From: Octopus bimaculoides
Taxonomy: Eukaryota
Direction of reading: 5' to 3'
Length of the DNA: 64,000 nt
NCBI RefSeq assembly: GCF_001194135.2
Contig: NC_068982.1
Span: 161,068,417-161,132,416 of the forward strand
Part shown: in pieces, positions 37,216 through 51,384 of the stretch
Position numbering within the stretch: position 1 is the stretch's first letter
How the letters are laid out: each line of letters opens with the position of its first letter
Program-made: the position numbers and the translations under genes
The notes under the pieces: model-generated
What the model saw: the letters and a program-made list of their open reading frames with translations, nothing else
Database searches by the model: none
What the model was told of the DNA's origin: nothing

Positions 37216-38882
37216 AACCAATATCAAACATAAATGTTACCGTCAAGTATTCTGAACAGAGAAGACTTTGTTAGAAATAGCAGTCAAATTAGCTCAGCCA
37301 ACAGCCTACTGTCTTGGGGAAAAGGAAATACACACTAGCCAATATAGTCCTAGATATACGAAAATAATGTGATAGTTGTGGATGAAATGCCTTTGATAAA
37401 AGATTCTTCTCAGCCAGAGCTGAACTTGGGCTAAAGAATAACAAACGTATATTCCGAAATTGAAAAAAAAAAAGATTAATTAGTAATAATATTCCTTGTT
37501 ATTTGCTCATTAAAGGCACTTTGTTAAGTATGTTCGACTCGTGATCACTAGTCATTTATTCAATCCCAAGGTTGAACAGCGTATTGTGTCCTTGAACAAA
37601 GCACTTCATTTCACTTTGTTACAGTCTACTCAGACGTGAATGAGTACGAGCTGATTGCTGGTGCAGTTGTCACTCCCTCCAACTTCCGCGTCCTCAATTT
37701 GCTACTGAATCAAAGTTGAGGGAGCCGAGAATATGCGTCTGTCTGCTCGCTATACATGGACATCCGAAACAATTAGCGAAAACATGGTGCATATTACCAA
37801 GTCATGTTCGCTCGCTGCAATGAACTAATAGCTAACTAAAATGGGTTCTAAAATCAATTTTTGAGGACAGTGAATGCATCAGGTGTACGATTATTGTACA
37901 GTTGGTGAACTTCTCCAACATTTTTTGTGTAATTTTAATTTTTTGCCTGAGGGTGGACGTGTCGGTGTGTGTGCATACTATTTAAGAGTTTAAAAGTACT
38001 ACACACGAATCAAATCAAAATATATCGTTACATATTTTTATACATTATCATCAAGATGTGAACATTGAGGAATGATATCATAAAAACAATATGTTTCTTT
38101 GGCTTTGGGTAAAGAAATAGGACTATCAGTTATGATTTTATTCCTCATATTCCTCTGACTTATTGCAGCGATCCTTCAGATTTTCTAAACCTTGTAAAAG
38201 AGCTCGGAAGGTTAGGCCTCCAACCAGGCCTTTCATGATACCCTTAAAGCCAGGAACTTTTCTGCTTAAGATATAAACATAATACAACATATGGACATCG
38301 AGCACTTATTGTCTAGGGAAAAAATACAATAGTTCAAGATATCGCCTAGGGGAATCGAACTCGGAGTTTCATGTTTACAAAATAAGCTTCCTAGCCGCTC
38401 AACTATGCCTACATTTTATTTCTTCTACGTAATATGCATGCATTCGTATGCATATATATATATATATATANNNNNNNNNNNNNNNNNNNNNNNNNNNNNN
38501 NNNNNNNNNNNNNNNNNNNNNNNNNNNNNNNNNNNNNNNNNNNNNNNNNNNNNNNNNNNNNNNNNNNNNNNNNNNNNNNNNNNNNNNNNNNNNNNNNNNN
38601 NNNNNNNNNNNNNNNNNNNNNNNNNNNNNNNNNNNNNNNNNNNNNNNNNNNNNNNNNNNNNNNNNNNNNNNNNNNNNNNNNNNNNNNNNNNNNNNNNNNN
38701 NNNNNNNNNNNNNNNNNNNNNNNNNNNNNNNNNNNNNNNNNNNNNNNNNNNNNNNNNNNNNNNNNNNNNNNNNNNNNNNNNNNNNNNNNNNNNNNNNNNN
38801 NNNNNNNNNNNNNNNNNNNNNNNNNNNNNNNNNNNNNNNNNNNNNNNNNNNNAGAGAGAGAATGAGAGAGAGAGAGAGAGAG

Positions 38883-38919
<37 letters not shown>

Positions 38920-39154
38920 GGAGAAAACAGTAGAAAATAGATATTTCACATATGTTTCCTAATTTTAATCTAAATTAGAGTAAAATTATGAAACATCTGT
39001 GAAATATTTACTTTTTACTATTCTACACATCTTGGTCTGAACATGATTATTGCGTTGTAATAATATATTGGAGCTGAACGCTATGTTAATAATTGTGCTC
39101 TTAAATTCAGTGGGGATATTTTATAATCCTTAAACACTAATTCAACGCACACAT

Positions 39155-39192
<38 letters not shown>

Positions 39193-39899
39193 AATATATG
39201 GACCCACTATGATACATGTATGTATGTATGTATGTGCTGTTTTCTTAAACACTCCGGTATCTTACAGTTTTACGATATTTTCTATGCTTCGTAAATAATG
39301 GTAATCTGGGAAATTGATTATTGCCAAGCTTCTCAATATATTGTTGCAGCGTCTTAGATCTCCCCGCCTTAAATATCTAACTCAGTTATGAGTTTTGCAT
39401 AGTAAGTATATCACCTAAGTAATGTTGAATTTAATAAAAGAAAAGTGGGAAAAGCAATAATACGCAAATACTGTGATGTGCAATATTTATGATGTTGAAA
39501 TTAGCACAAACACTAAAATATGAGAGTTATGACAGTGTGAACAAACGTTTCATAGTTAAATGTATGTGTGGGCCTCTGAGAAATTTAGGCTACACCCCAT
39601 CAAAATGTCTCCTTTTTTTTCACGTGGCCTAGCGGTATGGAAGCATACCGTATTGGTTCTTGAAGTTGTGAGCGAAAACATTTAAGGGAAAACTAGTAAC
39701 TTCGGAGTCATGTGGAGGATTATAGCATGTTATTTTTCTCTATTACTATGTACACTTTGTGGCTGTCATCGATGATAACCATACACTGGTATGGTTATGC
39801 TTTCATCACTCTACCCATACTTCTAATTCCTGGAACATGAGCGGACGCTATCCTATATTCTACATAAAGTACATTAGAATTCAAAAAATCTTTAATGAT

Positions 39900-40790
39900 T
39901 CAAGGGTAAGCAAAAACAATAATAATAACTCCCCCTTCGATGTTAGCATAACAGGCGTCGATTTGGCTCATACATACTCCATAAGATATGACAAAAACTA
40001 TATCGTACAGTTGGATTTATTGCAACTGTCAATAGTAACCACTGTATCCTAAACAAGATGAAGGACTGCCCCCAATTCTTCAAATAACAGATTTAAAATC
40101 ACTGTAGTAAATGTCCTTGATGTAACCCTAGATTTGGATTGCAGCTTATATTGCCCATATAGAAAATCCAATCAATTTCACTACATTAATAAATACTTGG
40201 ATTCTCTAAATCTATCATTAAGAATTTAGTGACAAACATGACACAGAACCTCCACTATATCGGCTAATGATCAAATATTCAACGAACACGACCCATACTA
40301 AACTGAAGTATCAAAATGCAACGACTTCAACGGGAATATATCTTACAAATAACTCACGAATTCATAATAAGAATAGAAATAAACTTTAAAAAAATATATT
40401 ATATACTCCTTAGTTCAACCCTGAAGTCACTACACTCTTTTCCAAAGCTTTCTCCTTTTCGTTTGCTTAACAACCCCCGCCATTGTAGATACAACAAAAT
40501 GTTCAATCACAATACGACACAGCTCTCCTACTCTACTACTCCTAGCATAGCACAAGTTATCACCTCAACGAAGGGAGTGTGAACTAGATCACATTGCAGA
40601 TTCGTTTACACACCGTTTTGTCTATTAACGTTATATCCAGTATAGGTAATACCTTCCTTAAAATAGTGGATAAACATTTGTCTACACACACATGCATAGA
40701 AAGCTTTCCAATAGAAACAGGCTTAAGGTCTCCTTCAGTTGCTCATCCATCATGTTGAGTATTTTTCGTATATAGGTTCATAACTAAACT
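39900..40790 (+). mobile_element. Second, more decayed Penelope-like RT/thumb fragment
   Basis: FDVSITGVDLA...VNVLDVTLDL...CPYRKSN...; then IGNTFLKIVDKH...NRNRLKVSFSC, matching 'NIGK.FL.LIDKHF...NRNT.KVSYSC'. Confidence 0.7.
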
Positions 40791-41043
40791 GGTGATGATG
40801 ACTATGATTTTGGCGGTGGGATAAAAGTAGCCTGGAGGTTTGAAATAGTCATAAGGCGAAGAAACCCCTGAATAAATAGGAAGGATTTTTGTGTAATTCG
40901 TTAATCAAATCCATCCCCGTGTTTTAGAGGCTCTGAAAAGTTCAAACTCTGAGTAGAATAAAAAGGAATAAAGTAGAATAAAAGGAATAAAATGAACATT
41001 GATAAATCTAAGATAAATGGAATTGTTACTGCTGCCATTGTTG

Positions 41044-41076
<33 letters not shown>

Positions 41077-41992
41077 TATCCTTGATCGTGCAGACATAAT
41101 AAAAACATTCTAACTATGATCCTCCCATTATTTTGCAATGTCCAGGACTTTATTATCTAACGCCACCATCTCTATTTTTAAGACAACGAGGTGTAATTTT
41201 AGCAACTCGAGTAACCATGTGGAGGGTCCCTAATTAGCTTGACAGCTGTGTTTCTCTGATTTAGTATATATCGGACAACATTTTCAAATGTTTTCTTACT
41301 ATTCTAAAGATGTGGTTTCATTTGAAGGAGATTTAGCAACTAGTTTTAGTAGAGACCATAGTTTTAGTAGAGACCACATTGACTGGCGAATGTAAGTTCC
41401 AGCCGAATAACATTTTTCGTGCAATTCACAACACAGCTGTATATAAGTAGTACATTCAAATACAGTTATACATAAGTAGTATATTCGTGGATGTCACCAG
41501 TGTTGCCATTAAAGACAATATCCAATCCCTATGGCATTTCCACAGTAAGATCATATTGGAACTATTTCCCCAGCTTGTTTCTTACAATTTAAACACTCCT
41601 AGAGTGAGTCTTTTTCTACTAATCGCCTGAATGATCTTAGTTATTCCAATTTTTTTTTACCACAATATATTACATACTGTGCCTGTATAATTGAAACTGG
41701 AGAATAGCTAGGAAATTTTGATGTCAGTGTGACTGTTTCAATCTCTTCCTCAATAGTAATTCGGTTATTCTGTCGTAACTGACTCCTACTCCTATTGTTT
41801 CATCACAATGATAACATCATTCTATTATTTCCCATTATGCTGTCGTAGCTAACTGCTGCCAAAACTATTTGTGATGTCAGAGCGTCTATGTTCGTTTGTT
41901 CGTCAACAATATTCTATTGTATCAATATTCTATTGAGTCTGGTGTAATCTTCTTTCTTGGTGTGTGTATATATATATATATACGTATGTATG

Positions 41993-42043
<51 letters not shown>

Positions 42044-42722
42044 NNNNNNNNNNNNNNNNNNNNNNNNNNNNNNNNNNNNNNNNNNNNNNNNNNNNNNNNN
42101 NNNNNNNNNNNNNNNNNNNNNNNNNNNNNNNNNNNNNNNNNNNNNNNNNNNNNNNNNNNNNNNNNNNNNNNNNNNNNNNNNNNNNNNNNNNNNNNNNNNN
42201 NNNNNNNNNNNNNNNNNNNNNNNNNNNNNNNNNNNNNNNNNNNNNNNNNNNNNNNNNNNNNNNNNNNNNNNNNNNNNNNNNNNNNNNNNNNNNNNNNNNN
42301 NNNNNNNNNNNNNNNNNNNNNNNNNNNNNNNNNNNNNNNNNNNNNNNNNNNNNNNNNNNNNNNNNNNNNNNNNNNNNNNNNNNNNNNNNNNNNNNNNNNN
42401 NNNNNNNNNNNNNNNNNNNNNNNNNNNNNNNNNNNNNNNNNNNNNNNNNNNNNNNNNNNNNNNNNNNNNNNNNNNNNNNNNNNNNNNNNNNNNNNNNNNN
42501 NNNNNNNNNNNNNNNNNNNNNNNNNNNNNNNNNNNNNNNNNNNNNNNNNNNNNNNNNNNNNNNNNNNNNNNNNNNNNNNNNNNNNNNNNNNNNNNNNNNN
42601 NNNNNNNNNNNNNNNNNNNNNNNNNNNNNNNNNNNNNNNNNNNNNNNNNNNNNNNNNNNNNNNNNNNNNNNNNNNNNNNNNNNNNNNNNNNNNNNNNNNN
42701 NNNNNNNNNNNNNNNNNNNNNN

Positions 42723-43070
42723 CTCGTCGCTCATAATCTTCACTTTCTATTTTATTCTCTCTTATCTTGATTTTCTCCCTTCTCTTCTTCTCCTGAGTTC
42801 AAATTTCGCCGAGATTGACTTTGCCTCTCGTCCTTTCTCGAACACAATAAAGTGCCAGTTGCGTAATGGAGCCGATTTTCTCCTACTTCGCGCTTTTCTC
42901 CTTCCTCTCCTTCCTCTCGTCGCTCATAATCTTCACTTTCTATTTTATTCTCTCTTATCTTGATTTTCTCCCTTCTCTTCTTCTCCTGAGTTCAAATTTC
43001 GCCGAGATTGACTTTGCCTCTCGTCCTTTCTCGAACACAATAAAGTGCCAGTTGCGTAATGGAGCCGATT
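42723..43070 (+). repeat. Exact 155-bp direct duplication (42723-42877 and 42916-43070) containing a SINE A core fragment
   Basis: The two copies look identical by eye. The first starts immediately after an N gap. Confidence 0.85.
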
Positions 43071-43139
43071 GGTATTGACTGAACCCTCTCCCCCAATATT
43101 TCTGGCCTTGTTCTAAAATTTTGAAGTCATAAGTGGTGA

Positions 43140-44600
43140 GCTAGGTTAGTAGAAACGGTACAGCAGAGGATGAGACCAGGAAACACTCCAGAACAACCCT
43201 AAGGAGTGACGAACTAGTTCTCATATCAACCTACCTTAGCCAAGGAGTAGTAAGGTTGAAGATAGTAGACGTACCACCAGAAGTAAATATATGCTCGTTG
43301 GTGGTTGTTCTCTCCTTCGACATAGAGGACAAAAGCAATATCTTGCAGATCCACATGCTGCAAAAACAAAATTAGCCGGGCCAAGGGATGGAGTTCTTAA
43401 TCCAAAAGAGTCACTAGAGCATGGAATCCATTCCGGGTCAGATCAGTCCACCAGACGGCTCACGGCTATAGGTAACAATTGAGGACGGATACAAACCATC
43501 TCAAGGATTTCTGCCCAAAGCAACAGCTGAGAGAATCAAGACCGCCACTTCCGACACCATCACCAGAGTAACAAAAACACCAACAGGCAAAAGAAGCAGC
43601 ACCAACAGCAGCGTGTGATAAGAACAGCAACAATGACAGTAACTGAAACACTAAGCTCAACAGCCACCAAAGCAGCTGTAAAAGCAACAGGAGCAGCAAC
43701 AACAGAAATAATGCCAAGAAGTAATAGCAACAAACACTAGTCAGAAATGTTGCCCTCAAAGGCCACTCCATCACTAACACAGCAGCAGCTGAGAACCTTC
43801 AGATCAAAGAAGAAAAAGACAATAATCACCACCCAAAACATCCGTTTCCCCCGCTTCCGACAAATCTGAAATGTCGTATGGCAAAGGTGACGGTGAAGAA
43901 AGTACATTGCAAAAAGTATTTGTATCGTTAATTGTTTGTTGTCTGTGTTTATGGCAACGAAGTCTATACTTTCTCTTTGTTGTTTTTGGACTTGGTTTGG
44001 GTGTGGAATGGGACCGGCTGGTGCTTGTGATGTTGCTTGTGTATGTGATTGTGATGTTGTTGTTGATGATGATGTTGGTGTATTGTCGTTGAGGTGCGAT
44101 TCTTCGATGAGTTTGAACCTTCAAACGGATATAGTTGGCGTGTTATTTTCTCTTTTCTTTTTTCTTGCTTTATACTTTTTGGTGTGCGATTTCATCACAC
44201 AAGCAAATCGCACAACAACACACACAAAAATTTTCCAAACAACGCAAAACATAAAATGCTAAGAAAAACAAATGCTACGAAGAAGTAAAATACTTCAGAG
44301 GGAGCATCAATAAAAGATTTATAAAGAACTGTTTGGAAAAAACCCCTACAGCTAACCAGAGGGACAAAACATCTCTCCCTCCTACAGAATTAATGCAAAT
44401 AGTTTTTCTCACTTTCCTCCTTCTCTCGAACTTGGCCTTACTTAGAATAGGCTGAGGTCGCCTTGGAAGTGAGGCCACCTAATCAACTATCTCCGGTCAC
44501 TAGACATAGTTATGGTGGCCATCAGCGAGACAAGAATTTCTGATCCGCAATCCCTCGAGTCCGTTATGGGTGGATAGATCTACTTATCTTCAAGTTGACA
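43140..44600 (+). mobile_element. Decayed L1/Tx1-like LINE: ORF1 remnant and start of ORF2 APE endonuclease
   Basis: STYLSQGVVRLKIVDVPPEVNI...GQGMEFLIQ...MESIP (ORF1-like), a CAG/CAA-rich linker, then GHLINYLRSLDIVMVAISETRI (APE motif II, 'D...LQET'-like). Confidence 0.6.
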
Positions 44601-45210
44601 AGAATTTTTAAAAAGTGAGAATACGCATGGCCGTTCCACTCGTATCTATTCCCTCTTTTGGGATAAATTAATTATAAAAAAGTTACGAGCCTTTAAAGAC
44701 ATGGTAAACTTTTTTGAGTTTAGCATAGCCATGATATGGAGTGCTATGATTATTTTCTTAGGGGAGGTGGGTCTAGAAACGCAACTATGACAACCCCAAC
44801 AAACAGTTATTTTTGCAAAATTAAAAGACCCCTTGCATTCTCGCTTCTGCCTTCTTCTTAGGTACGGAGTATACTTTCCCAGATTAAAAAATAAAGAAGG
44901 GCCGTTCCAGCTGCATTTATCACCTCTATTTAATATTCTAACATAGTGCACTCCAGATCACATTACACAGTATCCTACTTTTAAGGCGATACGGTATGAT
45001 TTGGGGGAGATTTCGTTGCTGCTTCTTGCAGGTCAAGTACTCTGATATAGTTGGTTCCTTCAGAAGAGGAAAAATCAAATTTGCAGACGGTTAGTTTAAC
45101 CATTTCTTTGTTTCGTCTTCAATAAATGTAAATTCTTGATCACTAATAAAACAGATAAAAAGGAAAGTGGTGTGCCATGAATGGTAGAGTGCCGAACTAA
45201 ATGACAGTTA

Positions 45211-47013
45211 TGTTGTTGTTGTTGTTGTTGTTGTTGTATGAAAACTCACAGCTTATTTTGCTGGGTGTGATCAAAGTGTCAGCGGTCCACAGCCAGCAGA
45301 CCAAGGTGACACTTGTTTACTGGTCATGCTTCAAAAACCTTACGAAGAATTCTTGAAGTTCCAAGCAATGCTGATTTTTGTAGTTGTTCTACCTACACAC
45401 TTGCACCAATCTTTTTCAGCTATGTTGGTAGTTGAGTGTTGATACTTCCAAGTGCATCAATTACTATTGGTATCACGTCTGCTCTCTTCATTGACCTCAA
45501 CCTTCGTATTTCTCACTTCAAATCGTCATAGTTGTTTATTTTTTTCTTCTTCTTTCACATTGATCCTGTTGTCACTGGGGCATGTTATGTCGATTATCAT
45601 ACATGTTCTTTCTTTCTTATTCACCACAACAATGTTCAGTTTCCGATGTCCGGTCGGGTGATCGCACTGGATCATTGCATTTCAAAGAATTTTTCAATTC
45701 TCATTTTCGGTGACTCCTTCTGGAGTTTGCTCGTACCACGCCTTTGCTCTTTATAGGGCGTGATTTCCACAGAGCTCCCAATGGATCGTTCTTGCCACAT
45801 TATCATGTTGTCATTTCGAACATTTGCTAACGATATGCCATACCGTTTCACCCCTCTCACCACACATTCTGCATTTGTCGCTATCGGTAGTGTTGTCTAT
45901 TCTGCACTTCATATAGTTGATCCTTAACGCTTGTTCCTGAGCTGCGCATATGAGTGTTTGTTTCCATCTTCAGGTCATTCCTCATCCATAGCCACCGGCC
46001 CTCTGTATTTGTCTTGACGTTCACATCTCTTGCAAACTGACCGTACATTTACTTTTCCTTCCATGTTTTTTTATTTTTTATTTTTGTTGTTGTTAATTTC
46101 TTCTTTAAATATTTCTTCAGTTAAACAATTTTCAGTGTTGATGAGTGTTTAAACAGTGACTCCACGGCATTTTTTATATACCAGGCTAGGCTGTTTTCCT
46201 CTGCTTCGAAACAACTCTGGCAACTGATTAAACCTCTCCCACCCTTTCTTCTGGACAAGTACAGCCTATCAGTGTCACTCTTAGTGTGGAAGGCTCTATG
46301 TACTGTCAACATTTTTCTGGTTTTGGTCTCCATTTTCTTCATTACTCTCTTTTGCCATTTTATAATTCTTGCTCTATACTGAAGTGATGCTATCACCCAC
46401 GTATTAACTGTTTCGATTATATTCCGTCCAGTTAATTTTGAGCGCAACACCAACCTCAGTCTTCGGAAATACTCCATCCTCAGTTACTCTTTCATTTCCT
46501 TCCCCATTATCTCGTTGAACTCTAGTACATCATGGTATTTGTATCCTTCCGTTTCAACTTGTTTAATCAAGTCTCTGTTCGGTAATTCTATCCATGCTGA
46601 GGACTGTACCTTGCCTCTTTTGAGGTAGATTATTCCGCACTTCTTGAGTTCAAATTCCATTCTAATATCAGTACTAAAACAGTGAACCCTATTCACCAAG
46701 GAACTCACCTGTATTTGATGTTTCCTATACATTTTCAAATCATCCATGAAGAGGAGGTGGTTGATTGTTTGAGATTGTTCCTTTAGTTGATACCTCAGGT
46801 TTATTTTCCTAAGTACCAAGGTCAGGGGTATCATGCAGAGAACAAAAAGCAACGGAGATAGGCTATCACCTGGAAAATCCTGCTTCTGATACCCAGGATG
46901 TCCAAGCTGTTTCCGTAAGATGTCAGTTCAGTTTTCCATCCCACCATGCTTCTTTCCAGGAAAAACGTTACATTCCTTGCAATTCCAAGCGGATCTAGCA
47001 CTCAATGATCCAC
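45211..47013 (-). mobile_element. 5'-truncated R4/Dong-clade non-LTR retrotransposon (RT, CCHC knuckle, restriction-like endonuclease), (CAA)n 3' end
   Basis: IFQGDSLSPLLFVLCMIPL...NHLLFMDDLK; SDTDRLYLSRRKGGRGL; CRMCGERGETVWHIVSKC; HDNVA; DIVVVNKKE...IIDITCP; GTSRILRKV. Stops and frameshifts present. Confidence 0.9.
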
Positions 47014-48242
47014 ATAATTATTATTATTATAATTATTATTATTATTATTATTGGTTACCCTTGAGTCATCAAGAGCATTCCAGCGTGAACATCCTGTATT
47101 GTTGTTTAATCTTAGTTCACTCTTGATTCAACAAAACTATGAACGAAAGAGTTTCAGTATGACGATCTTGGCTTGAAGCTTATTCTATCTGTTTTGAGCT
47201 ATAGTTAAAGACATGATCATCCCGTCTTATTTCAGACAGTATATTTCGGACTACGTTATCTTTTGTGTACTTTCTTCTTTCTTTTTTAAGAGATTATACT
47301 GCGATTTGAACAAGGTTTGGCTGCTATTCCTAGTAACTTGTTCGACCGTATAGAGGCTCCCTCATTAACGGATCATCTGATTTTCGTGTATAATATATGC
47401 CGGACCATATTATCAGATGAATCCATTTTTGTGAGAGTAGAGTGTGATTTGTGGGAGATGTGGCTGCTTTATCTATCTAATTCGTGTGGCTGCGTAAATA
47501 ATTTCGTCGATACCTTACTGAGAGTTCAAATCCCACTGAAATAACTTGTTTTTCGTCCAAGAAATAATCGTCAAATTTCCTTCAAATTACACTGTACAGT
47601 AACCTTCAAAATACAAGGTCATATTAGAAAAGGTATTTTAATACACGCAATTGAAGAAAGAAATGGAATGGTATGGTCAAAGCTGAAACTCTTTATCTGA
47701 AATCTGCTCGTTGAAAAATTTCGTAGCAATACGCAATGGTTAAAACAACAGTCTGGGGAATAGTTTCTTCTTTGATGTTGATTTCTGCTATATGCAGAAG
47801 CCGTTTCTTTTGAAGAAGAGAAAATACAATACAAACAAATATTTACCTTCATATTTGTATACGTATTTATTATACAATGAATATAACAACCATTCTTTTC
47901 ATAGAAGAAGCAGAGTCAGTTTATGGAGTAGAGGTTTCAGTGACTGCTCTATGCTTCGAAAATGCTTAAATATTTTTTTGGCAAATGCAGATGTTTCTAT
48001 ATTTTTTAAGCTAGACAAATGAGAAGTTAAACTTTGCCGTTTTAACGTTAATACCAGACCGGAATTATATCTGTCTTATATCACGAAGGCACATCTCCTA
48101 ATTTAAGATTCCACACTCAAAAACTTTCCAAACCTACAGTGGAATGTTATTCTTTACTTCTTTATGTTGTCTACTTCTTTGCGCGTTATATGGTTATAAA
48201 CCGATTGAAGCGTACATCCACAATTAAAAGAATATGTGCTTG

Positions 48243-48357
<115 letters not shown>

Positions 48358-48559
48358 ATGTATGTATGTATGTATGTATGTATGCATGTATGTGTGTGTG
48401 TGTGTTGATATAAACAGGAAAAATAGAACTCAAAATATGAGTATATGTATATTTTTATTAATATTTAGCAAAAGTAACAGAGTGACTAGTTTGATAAGTG
48501 CCAACGCACGAAACTCTCGGACTTTGAGTCACTCTGTTCTGTTAGCTATTAATAAATAA

Positions 48560-48610
<51 letters not shown>

Positions 48611-50168
48611 AAAAAACTAAAAGAAATGAGGGGTTTTCTGAGAAATTTCCACTTTAATAGTTAGATGTTTATGGATATTTGCGTGATAATCCGTTGTTGA
48701 CGACCGAGCATCATTAGCTACAATGCCAGTACGCGAAATCCATACAACATGTTCAAGAATTTTGTATTTAGCTTTATTTAGAGCTGTGCATGTGTAGTAA
48801 GTGACTGGTTCTTGGCCCATGAGTTGAAACTGATACAACTACACCGTGGAATGGGCATTCTGCCCATTTAATAGAAAAACTGCTGTTAAATTCACCTTTC
48901 ATTTATTTCTTATGGTGTCAAAATTTTCGTTGCAAAACTGCATTCTGGTCACTGATACAGCTCTATTTAATAAATGACCACTTCCTATTGCTCTCAAACT
49001 TTTTCTTTCTTGTTCAGCATACAAACATGTGAGTCTATTGTATTCCTCTTCATTGGCTTCGACTTCTTGATATCGGTCATCGTTAGTCACTTCCATATTC
49101 CATTCTTTTGTCTGTTTACAATTTATTTTATATATCATTGCAGTCATTCAGCGTTTTTTCTCCTTTTCACCTTTCTCCTTTTTTTCTTTTTCTCTTAATA
49201 AAGGTGAGTCTGAATTCAAGCATATCTAGTTTGTTATGTATTAACAAAAGGTATTTCAGTAGCTTTCTCTACTGTATTGCAAGTTTATAGATTAGGTTCC
49301 TACTATGTAGATTACTTTTATTTCAAATGTGTTCTTAAAAAGGGAATATATATTGAACTAGAAATAATCTTCATACGTATGTATACATACTCACGTATAC
49401 GTGTGTATGGAACTTGAGTGTATGAGGTATGTATGTATGCATGTATGTATGTATGTAATACACATTCATTTTAGTCATTGTCATTCCAAGAAAGATAGGC
49501 ACTTGCCATTATTTCTGCTATTAAATTACCTCTAATGAACGCTAGGTTTGTTGAACTTGACCAATTCATTCCCTTCAGATATTTAGAGTATTAGAATCAC
49601 GGTTGCACATATAGATGGCATCTGTCTTAAAGCCGCCTTGAAGACCCACACAGTTTTAGAATTAGGAAAAATTCAGAATTAGAAAGATACTTCAGAATAA
49701 AAACTACCTTAAAAGCATAGTATCGGTTGCCAAGAGCAGAAATATAATGCTAGTAAAAAAAAACATATCACGATCTGTTTACTTTGCAGAGAGTTCCATA
49801 CAATATCAGGATAGTATTCAGAAACATATCTACTCTTCGTCGATATCTCTCCTGAACAAAACTTCCATCATGTGAAATCATAAACAGAAACTATGTGTTT
49901 TGTATCCCATAAAGTTATGCCAGTGAATGCTAAGGTGAGAGTAGTAACCACTAAAAGTAGGACTAGAGAAAAATCGTAATTAGAGGAGTGAGAAAAACAG
50001 GCATGGCTGATAGTTTGTTGAGGGTAAGAAAGTCACCAACAACTTGTGAAACAAAGTCAAGAATATTAACAATAATGAAATGTAAGATGACCGAAAGAAG
50101 CAGCGAATATACGCTTTGTTAACCTCCAAAATACACCTACCATACAGATGACCACCACATGGTAATTA

Positions 50169-50889
50169 TTAGGTTGTCAAGAAAGTTCTTGCTGTTTTTA
50201 ACCTTTAAATTCAGATGCACATATCTCGGCTCAAACAAAACTTTATTAATTAAAATAAACACCATCAGAATCAATACATTTTTGCCAACGCGAAACAAGT
50301 TTATTTATGCCAGTAGCGTAAACATTTTGCGTTCTGGTGACGATGAAGTCGTTGAAGGCGTGTTTGGCATCGTCTTGGTTTTTGAAGCATTTCTCAGGCA
50401 AGAAGTTGTCGAGATGCTTGAAAAAGTGGTAGCCGGTAGGCGAGAGGTCTGGTGAGTATGGCGGATGAGGCAGAGTTTCGTAGCCCAATTCGTTCAACTT
50501 CTGTAGGGTCAGTTGTGTGACGTGCGGCCGAGCGTTGTTGTAGAGAATTGGTCCTTTTCTATTGACCAATGCCGGCTGTTGTTGTCGGAGTTTCTTATGC
50601 ATTTCATTCATTTGCTGACAGTACTTCTCCGCCGTAATGGTTTCGCCTGAATCCAAAAATCTGTGATGGATGAGACCGGCCGCAGACCACCAAACAGTCA
50701 CCATGACCTTCTTTTGGTGCAACTTTGGCTTCGGGAAGTGCCGTGGAGCTTCGTCGGCGTCCAACTAGTGAGCTGAGCGTCGCTGGTTGTCGTAAAGAAT
50801 CCACTTTTCATCGCAAGTCACAATCCGGTCGAGAAACGGATCGTTCTTGTTGCGTAAAAGAAGGGAAGATGACACTTCAAAACGGCGTT

Positions 50890-50922
<33 letters not shown>

Positions 50923-51384
50923 GTTGTCGTTCAATTTGTGCGGCACCCATCTCTCAAGTATTTTTGTTTTTCCAATCTCTCTCAAGTGGTTGGAAATTGT
51001 CGTATACGTTACGTCTAATTCAGAAGCAAGCTCTCGAACAGTTGTGCGTGGATTGGCTTCCACTAAGGCTCTTAGTTGATCGTTGTCAACATCCGATGGC
51101 CGGCAACTACATTTATCATCTTCAAGACTCTCGTCACCGCGACGAAATTTCTTGAACTACCATTGTGCTGTACGTTCATTAGTGGTTCCTGGGCCAAACA
51201 TATCGTTGATATCGCGAGCTGTTTCAGCAGCTTTTCAGCCTAGCTTGAACTGGAATTTAAAAAATTGTGCGAATTTGCTTTTTGTCGATGGTGTATTCAA
51301 CATTCCGGAAAAAATGGTCTAATTATTCAAAAAGAAAAAGCCTAACACGATTAGATAGAACGAAAAACGGGCTTTAAAGTGATA
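50169..51384 (-). mobile_element. Mariner transposon (cecropia/Hsmar1-like), inactive; 5' TIR lost in a gap
   Basis: TA|TTAGGTTG...TTTTT TIR at 50169. Transposase 51303-50246: DKKQIRTIF...WVPHKL...TCDEKW...YNNARPH...YSPDLSPTGYHFF. Stops, frameshifts and D-to-N/D-to-G changes at catalytic residues. Confidence 0.93.

Noticed and set aside
50246-51303. SETMAR gene call
   Set aside because: No SET domain. A TIR with TA flank is present and the ORF has stops and frameshifts, so it is a dead transposon.
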